This document shows, in pieces, positions 57,908 through 64,000 of a DNA stretch of 64,000 nucleotides; the stretch's first letter is position 1; each line of letters opens with the position of its first letter. This DNA comes from an uncultured Pelagibacteraceae bacterium (GTDB taxonomy: Bacteria > Pseudomonadota > Alphaproteobacteria > Pelagibacterales > AG-422-B15): the NCBI GenBank assembly GCA_902524795.1, contig CABZEU010000001.1, forward strand, positions 28,916 through 92,915. Reading direction: 5' to 3'. The notes beneath the pieces were generated by a model. That model ran no database searches. It was not told the DNA's origin and was given only the letters and a program-made list of their open reading frames with translations. Both the position numbers and the translations under genes were made by a program.

Positions 57908-60189
57908 TTCTTAAAAGCTGCAAGTGCTGCAAGATTAACGATGTCAGCAACATTTGCTCCCAAAGGAGCTATCTGAATACTCTCTTTAAAACCCACAAGA
58001 TAAGGACCTACCAAATTTCCACCTCCCAATTCTTGTAGCATTTTTGTAGAAATACTCGCACTGTGGATCGCTGGCATAATCAAAAGATTAGCAGGGCCAG
58101 AAAGTTTACAAAATGGATATAAGTTCATTAAATTTTCATTAAGAGCTGTGTTTGCACCCATTTCACCGTCATATTCAAAACCAACTTTTCTCTCATCAAG
58201 TATTTTGATTGCATCTCTCATATAGACTGAACGTTCCGTGAACGGTTTTCCAAAGTTGGAGTAAGAAACTAAAGCTGCTCTTGGTTCAATGCCAAAAATC
58301 TCCTTTACAACTTCTGCACTTTCCTGCGTTATGTTTGCAAGTTGTGCAGCGTTAGGCATATCGTGAACGTTTGAGTCTGCAACAAATATTGTTCTTCCGT
58401 TACACAACATAACAGTCATTCCCAAAATTGTTTTATTAGGAATAGGATCCAATACGTATTCTATGCTTTCTAGCGAAGCAGCAAAACTTCTTGTTAGACC
58501 ACAAACCATGGCATCGGCCTCACTGAGAGATACCATGCAGGCGGCAAATACATTTCTTTCTTTAGTAAGTAAATCTAAGCAATCTTTTCTTAAAAAACCT
58601 TTTCTTTGAAGCCGATTATATATATGTTCAGCGTACCTATCATGTTCAGCTTTATTTCTCGTACTATGAATTTCTAACTTATCAAAGAAATCAAGTCCCA
58701 TTTCTTTCATTTTATTTTTTATTATTTCTTCCCTTCCGATAAGAATTGGTGTCCCCATTCCATTATTAAGGAATATAACAGCAGCTCTAATCATGTCTTC
58801 TTCTTCACCTTCTGTAAAAATCACACGTTTTGGATTTTCTTTTACTTCTTGAAATATTTTCTGTAATAGCCCAGCTGAAGGATTAAGCCTCGCTGATAGC
58901 TCATTAGAATACCTGTCCATATCTACAATTGCTTTACGCGCTACTCCAGTATCCATAGCAGCTTTGGCAACTGCGGGAGGAACTTTGCTTATCAATCGAG
59001 GATCAAATGGGGATGGTATTATATAATCAGGACCATACTGCGGACGTTTCCCAGGATAAGCATTTGCAACTTCGTCAGGTACATCCTCTTTTGCTAAGTC
59101 GGCTATTGCTCTTGCAGCAGCTATCTTCATTTCTAAATTAATTGTTGTAGCCCTAACATCTAATGCCCCTCTAAATATATAGGGAAACCCTAAAACATTA
59201 TTCACCTGGTTAGGATAATCAGATCTTCCCGTTGCAATAATTGCATCAGATCTACATTCTTTTACATCTTCTGGAGTAATTTCAGGTTCAGGATTTGCCA
59301 TAGCGAAAATAATTGGATTATCAGCCATTGATAAAGCCATTTTCTGACTGATTATGTTTCCAACTGATAAACCAAAAAAAATATCTGCACCAATCAGTGC
59401 ATCCTCTAATGTCCTGCAATCGGTTTTTATTGCATGTGCAGATTTCCATTGGTTCATATTTTCTTTTCTTTCGGAGTGAATAACGCCTTTTGTATCGCAA
59501 AGAATTGCGTTATTGTTTGGCATACCCATTGCCTTTAGAAGCTCTAAACACGCAATACCAGCAGCTCCCGCGCCATTTACAACAATTTTAGCTTCACTTA
59601 TTTTTTTTCCACTGAGATCTAATGCGTTTAAAAGTGCTGCTGTAGAAATTATGGCTGTACCGTGTTGATCATCGTGAAATATAGGAATATCCATTAGCTC
59701 TCTTAATGTGTCTTCAATAATGAAACACTCAGGAGCCTTAATGTCCTCTAAATTTATTCCACCAAAAGATGGACCCAAATATTTAACAGAATTAATGAAC
59801 TCATCTGCATTTTCAGTATCAATTTCAAGATCAATTGAGTCAATGTCAGAAAACCTTTTAAACAAAACAGATTTTCCTTCCATCACTGGTTTTGAAGCGT
59901 GTGCGCCTAAATTGCCAAGACCAAGAATAGCTGTTCCATTTGATACTACAGCAACAATATTACCCTTACTCGTATAGTCATAGACTGCACCGGCGTCCTC
60001 CGCAATTGCATTAACTGGCGCTGCAACTCCTGGAGAATAAGCTAGAGATAAATCCCTTTGTGTTTCAAGAGGCTTGGTTGCTTTAATCTCAATTTTTCCT
60101 GGCTTCCCTTGAGCATGAAAAACTAAAGCTTCTTTTTCACTAAAATGTTCTGCTCTATTTTTTTTCTTCATAAATCCCTTTTTGGCCAT
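57904..60189 (-). CDS. maeB: NADP-dependent malic enzyme (MaeB, with PTA-like C-terminal domain)
   Basis: 761 aa. Malic enzyme N-terminal and NAD-binding domains (VVNGAGAAG) followed by a phosphate-acetyltransferase-like domain. Confidence 0.95.
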   Translation of the reverse strand: MAKKGFMKKKNRAEHFSEKEALVFHAQGKPGKIEIKATKPLETQRDLSLAYSPGVAAPVNAIAEDAGAVYDYTSKGNIVAVVSNGTAILGLGNLGAHASKPVMEGKSVLFKRFSDIDSIDLEIDTENADEFINSVKYLGPSFGGINLEDIKAPECFIIEDTLRELMDIPIFHDDQHGTAIISTAALLNALDLSGKKISEAKIVVNGAGAAGIACLELLKAMGMPNNNAILCDTKGVIHSERKENMNQWKSAHAIKTDCRTLEDALIGADIFFGLSVGNIISQKMALSMADNPIIFAMANPEPEITPEDVKECRSDAIIATGRSDYPNQVNNVLGFPYIFRGALDVRATTINLEMKIAAARAIADLAKEDVPDEVANAYPGKRPQYGPDYIIPSPFDPRLISKVPPAVAKAAMDTGVARKAIVDMDRYSNELSARLNPSAGLLQKIFQEVKENPKRVIFTEGEEEDMIRAAVIFLNNGMGTPILIGREEIIKNKMKEMGLDFFDKLEIHSTRNKAEHDRYAEHIYNRLQRKGFLRKDCLDLLTKERNVFAACMVSLSEADAMVCGLTRSFAASLESIEYVLDPIPNKTILGMTVMLCNGRTIFVADSNVHDMPNAAQLANITQESAEVVKEIFGIEPRAALVSYSNFGKPFTERSVYMRDAIKILDERKVGFEYDGEMGANTALNENLMNLYPFCKLSGPANLLIMPAIHSASISTKMLQELGGGNLVGPYLVGFKESIQIAPLGANVADIVNLAALAAFKN

Positions 60190-60295
60190 TTATATAGGTT
60201 TTTATCTGTGTTTCAATTTCAAAAACTATAAAATGGGAATGCATACTTAATTTTGACGATATTTAGATGAAAATAGATTAATAAACAACAATTAT

Positions 60296-61834
60296 ATGAA
60301 TGTAATAAGATCATCATTTATCTATTCTTTTTTTACATCTGTAAGCCGAGTATTTGGATATCTAAGAGATATTTTAATTGCAAATTTTTTGGGTACAGGA
60401 ATATTTGCAGATATATTTTTTGTTGCCTTTCGTTTTCCAAATACATTTCGCAGAATATTTTCAGAAGGGGCAGTCAACTCTGCATTCGTACCAGTTTATG
60501 CAAAGATGATAAGTGAAAATTTTTTGGAAGAAGCAAAAAAATTTGCTGGAAATATAATTGTTATTTTTACAACCGTAACAGTAACTATTGTCGTTATTAT
60601 TGAGATATTTATGCCGACTTTTATTTTGCTCTTGGCACCAGGTTTTGCCTTGAATGAGGAAAAGCTGGAAGAGTTAATCAATACATCAAGAATTATATTT
60701 CCTTTTCTTGTTATAATTAGTGTTGGATCAATTTATTCATCTATTCTTAATGCTAATAATAAATTTGCATTGTCAGCATCGCTTCCAATAATTTTAAATC
60801 TCTTTATGATATTGGGAATATTGTATGCTTATATAACCGAAAATAATTATTTACTTTTTTTATCGTGGTCTGTAATTATTGGAGGCATAGTTCAAATAAT
60901 TTCTTTAGTAGCTTCACTTAAAAATAATAAAATAAAGATAACTTATTTTTCAGCGCTAATCACAAGAAATACAAAACGTTTTCTTAGTTTATTCTCTACA
61001 AGTTTTTTTTCCTCAGGCTTACTTCAAATAAATATTTTTATAGGAACTATAATTGCTTCATATGAAACTGGTGCAATCTCATATTTATATTATGCAGATA
61101 GGATATATCAATTACCTCTTGCCTTGATCGGGATTGCACTTGGAATTGCATTGCTGCCATCAATTTCAAAAAAAATTCAAACGAATTCAAAATCCGAGGT
61201 TTGTAATACAATCGAGGAGACTACTAAATTTGCCATATTATTATCACTTCCTGCGGCTGTTGGTATTTTTATTCTGCCAGAAATGATAGTTAGTATACTG
61301 TTTGAGCGAGGTGAATTTAATAGTAAGTCTACGGTGCTTACAGCTCAGGCACTGAAATTTTATAGTCTAGGCTTGGTTGCATTTATATTAATGAAAATTT
61401 TCACACCAATTTTTTTTGCATATGAAAATGTTAAGCCAACACTTTATGTAACTTTATTTAATTTAGTTTTGAATACAGTATTGAGCATAATACTTTTTTT
61501 CTATATAGGTTTTGTAGGAATTGCGATTGCAACAAGTATTTCAGCGTGGATAAGCGTATTTGTTCTTTATTATTACCTTCAAAAAAATCATTATTTTGTC
61601 TTTAGTTCAAAAATATTAAAACCGATATTTTTAGTCTTTTTAGCTTCTTTTGTTATAGGAATATATATTAATTTCTTTAAAGATTATTATGGTGAAATAT
61701 TTATCAGCTTTTATTTTGGTGAGACTATTTTTCTTTTATTTATAGTTTTTTCTTCCATACTACTTTACTTATTTATAATATCTTTTTACAAACCTTTTTC
61801 GTATACTGAAATAAAAAAAGTTTTTAATAAATGA
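60296..61834 (+). CDS. murJ: Lipid II flippase MurJ (MviN)
   Basis: 512 aa, about 14 TM. SRVFGYLRDILIANFLG...FRFPNTFRRIFSEGA. Confidence 0.93.
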   Translation: MNVIRSSFIYSFFTSVSRVFGYLRDILIANFLGTGIFADIFFVAFRFPNTFRRIFSEGAVNSAFVPVYAKMISENFLEEAKKFAGNIIVIFTTVTVTIVVIIEIFMPTFILLLAPGFALNEEKLEELINTSRIIFPFLVIISVGSIYSSILNANNKFALSASLPIILNLFMILGILYAYITENNYLLFLSWSVIIGGIVQIISLVASLKNNKIKITYFSALITRNTKRFLSLFSTSFFSSGLLQINIFIGTIIASYETGAISYLYYADRIYQLPLALIGIALGIALLPSISKKIQTNSKSEVCNTIEETTKFAILLSLPAAVGIFILPEMIVSILFERGEFNSKSTVLTAQALKFYSLGLVAFILMKIFTPIFFAYENVKPTLYVTLFNLVLNTVLSIILFFYIGFVGIAIATSISAWISVFVLYYYLQKNHYFVFSSKILKPIFLVFLASFVIGIYINFFKDYYGEIFISFYFGETIFLLFIVFSSILLYLFIISFYKPFSYTEIKKVFNK

Positions 61835-62850
61835 AAAATATAAACAAAACAGTTCTCTCTGGAGTTCAACCAACTGGAGGCTTACATATTGGTAATTATT
61901 TAGGCGCAATAAAAAATTTTGTTTCAATGCAGACTGAATATGAATGTTTTTTTTGTGTAGTTGATCTTCATGCAATTACAGTAAAACAAGATCCAAAGCT
62001 TCTTAAAAACAATACTTACGAGGTAGTAGCAACTTATTTAGCTTCAGGAATTGACCCTGTCAAAAGTGTAATTTTTAATCAGAGTAATGTTTCATCTCAT
62101 TCAGAACTGGCCTGGATATTTAATTGCATCACAAGAATGGGCTGGCTCAATAGAATGACACAATTTAAAGATAAGGCAGGTAAGGATAAAGAGAATGCTA
62201 GCTCAGGACTTTTTATTTACCCCAACTTAATGGCTGCAGATATATTACTTTACAAAGCAACCCATGTTCCTGTTGGCGACGATCAAAAGCAGCACTTAGA
62301 ATTAACAAGAGACATAGCTCAAAAATTTAATCGTGAGTATGAATGTGATGGTTTTTTTCCAATTCCTGAACCAATAATAGATAAAAATATCTCTAGAATA
62401 ATGTCTCTCAAAAATGGAGAACTAAAAATGAGTAAGTCCGATCCATCAGACTATTCAAGAATAAGTTTAATTGATAGTGCTGATCAGATAGAAAAAAAAA
62501 TAAAAAAGGCTAAAACCGCTGACACAACTATGCCAGACAATAATGAGGATGTATCAAAATTATTAGAGGTTAATAATTTATTAAATATATTTTCAGGTTT
62601 TTCAGGAATAGAGAAAGTTGAACTAATTGAAAAATACAAAGGACAGAACTTTTCAAATTTTAAAAATAATCTCACCGAAGTAATCATTGAACATATTAAA
62701 CCTATATCAAAAGAAATAGAAAAATTAATGGGTGATAAAAGTTATTTGAATCAAATAATTTCAAGTGGAGCTGAAAAAGCTTCAGAGAAAGCCAATGTTA
62801 CAATTAAAGAGGTATATGATATAATTGGGCTTGTTAGAAATGAAGCATAG
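61831..62850 (+). CDS. trpS: Tryptophan--tRNA ligase
   Basis: SGVQPTGGLHIGNYLG, GDDQKQH, KMSKS. Confidence 0.97.
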   Translation: MKNINKTVLSGVQPTGGLHIGNYLGAIKNFVSMQTEYECFFCVVDLHAITVKQDPKLLKNNTYEVVATYLASGIDPVKSVIFNQSNVSSHSELAWIFNCITRMGWLNRMTQFKDKAGKDKENASSGLFIYPNLMAADILLYKATHVPVGDDQKQHLELTRDIAQKFNREYECDGFFPIPEPIIDKNISRIMSLKNGELKMSKSDPSDYSRISLIDSADQIEKKIKKAKTADTTMPDNNEDVSKLLEVNNLLNIFSGFSGIEKVELIEKYKGQNFSNFKNNLTEVIIEHIKPISKEIEKLMGDKSYLNQIISSGAEKASEKANVTIKEVYDIIGLVRNEA

Positions 62851-63316
62851 ATCAAAATTTTTAGTTATAGTTGATGACTCCATTGAGTTAAGTGTTGCTA
62901 TCAGATTTGCTGCACAAAGAGCCAAAAATACAAGGGGAGGTATAATTTTATTAAATATTATCGAACAATTTGACCCCCAGCAATGGCAATCTGTTGAAGA
63001 GATTATTCGCCAAGAGGCAACTGATAAAGCTCAAGAAAAATTACAAAAATGGTCTAAAGTTATTCATGATCTCGTAGGTATAGTTCCTGAAGTTATAATT
63101 AAAGAAGGCATTCCAAGCGAAAAAATAATAGAAACACTTGAATCTGATGATGCAATAAGGTTTCTAGTTTTAGCTGCAGCTGACGCTGATCAACCAGGTC
63201 CGTTGGTTACATTATTAGCTGGCCAAAAATCAGGTAAACTTCCAGTTCCAATTGTTGTAGTACCACAAGGTTTAGAGGATGATGTTATTGATGATTTGGC
63301 ATCAAGAGCGAATTGA
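62840..63316 (+). CDS. Universal stress protein family protein
   Basis: USP-like alpha/beta pattern (FLVIVDDS...VLAA...G). Conserved trpS-usp-nifU neighbourhood. Start adjusted to ATG 62840 (ORF track gives TTG 62825). Confidence 0.72.
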   Translation: MKHRSKFLVIVDDSIELSVAIRFAAQRAKNTRGGIILLNIIEQFDPQQWQSVEEIIRQEATDKAQEKLQKWSKVIHDLVGIVPEVIIKEGIPSEKIIETLESDDAIRFLVLAAADADQPGPLVTLLAGQKSGKLPVPIVVVPQGLEDDVIDDLASRAN

Positions 63317-63405
63317 AAAATATCGTTAAATTCAGACACTTACAAAATTATTACATGAATTCTTTAAAAAAAGTAGAATCTAATTATATAAATTGAACAA
63401 ATATT

Positions 63406-63966
63406 ATGTTTATACAGACAGAATCAACACCTAACCCAAACTCATTGAAGTTTATTTTAGATGATCATGAAATATGTTCCGAGCCAGTTGAATATAATGT
63501 TGGGGAGGAAAATATAAATTCAAAACTTGCAGAAAAATTACTTAAAATTGACGGTATTGATAAAATTTTATTTAATAAAAATTTTATTTCAATTAATAAA
63601 AGTAAGTTTACATGGGATCAATTAAAAGCAACAATCTTGCACGAGATATCTGACTTCATTGGTTCAGGTATTCCAATATTAGATACAGAGAATGAGGTTG
63701 ATGAAATTAATACAGTTGAATTCGACGATGCAGATATAGAAGTTGTTAAGAATATTCATAATATTTTAGCATCAAAAATAAGACCTGCTGTTATGCAAGA
63801 TGGTGGAGATATAAAATTTAAGAAATATGATGAGGGTATTGTTTCATTGGCCCTTCAAGGAAGTTGCGCTGGCTGTCCTAGCGCAACACTAACTCTTAAA
63901 AATGGTATCGAGAATATGCTCAAACATCATATTCCTGAAGTTAAAAAAGTTGAACAAATCATATAG
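63406..63966 (+). CDS. NifU-family Fe-S cluster assembly/delivery protein (Nfu_N + NifU C-terminal domain)
   Basis: MFIQTESTPNPNSLKF (Nfu_N). The CAGCPSA CxxC motif of the NifU C-terminal domain. Confidence 0.88.
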   Translation: MFIQTESTPNPNSLKFILDDHEICSEPVEYNVGEENINSKLAEKLLKIDGIDKILFNKNFISINKSKFTWDQLKATILHEISDFIGSGIPILDTENEVDEINTVEFDDADIEVVKNIHNILASKIRPAVMQDGGDIKFKKYDEGIVSLALQGSCAGCPSATLTLKNGIENMLKHHIPEVKKVEQII

Positions 63967-64000
63967 ATGATATGAATTTCTTAAACTTATTTGTTACTAA

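Noticed and set aside
63972-64000. ATG at 63972 opening an ORF (MNFLNLFVT...) that runs off the window end.
   Set aside because: Only 9 codons are visible, so it can be neither supported nor assigned.
1-64000. Search for an accessory or novel system: defence islands, toxin-antitoxin pairs, integrases or transposases, tRNA-flanked islands, CRISPR or other tandem repeats, large non-coding RNAs or riboswitch-sized leaders.
   Set aside because: None found. Every ORF over 90 aa outside shadow frames has a housekeeping or conserved-synteny explanation. The tRNA-Gly flanks carry no integrase or direct repeat. The only spacers over 120 bp are the putative oriC and the porin/DUF3576 divergent promoter region.

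Overview
64-kb, AT-rich (about 30% G+C by eye, not computed), very gene-dense segment. It holds about 73 protein genes and one tRNA. Intergenic spacers are mostly under 110 bp and many genes overlap by 1-4 nt. Gene content and order match the origin-proximal core chromosome of a free-living, genome-streamlined alphaproteobacterium. A SAR11/Pelagibacterales-like source is my inference from composition, compaction and synteny. The order is: DUF3576-leuS-(TPR sulfotransferase)-lptE-holA | parB-parA-rsmG-mnmG-mnmE-fdx | ogt-apt | rho-hemJ-hemH-hemE | 274-bp gap | maf-aroE-coaE-dnaQ-nudix | secB-fxsA | tim44 | hslUV | hisB-bcp-hisH-A-F-DUF1330-hisE-HIT... | dnaK-dnaJ-dapB-nth, grpE | rph-rdgB | lpoA-like | rsmI-BON-gshB | maeB | murJ-trpS-usp-nifU. 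I see no rRNA, CRISPR, transposase, integrase, prophage, toxin-antitoxin or recognisable defence genes. This is an ordinary housekeeping region, not an accessory island, and I cannot point to a convincing new multi-gene system. The observations most worth a second look are: (1) a probable oriC in the hemE-maf gap with clustered DnaA-box-like 9-mers; (2) a perfect 16-bp parS inside rsmG; (3) an ogt gene whose synonymous-site composition is foreign to the rest of the window; (4) a TPR-sulfotransferase wedged into the conserved leuS-lptE-holA operon; (5) extreme compaction, where all 11 convergent gene junctions lack room for a terminator (6 are 4-nt stop/stop overlaps) and two divergent genes share their start codons; (6) only one clear intrinsic terminator, behind a Met-rich porin with a highly-expressed codon signature. 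Start codons marked as adjusted are my choice from overlap and homology logic and remain uncertain.
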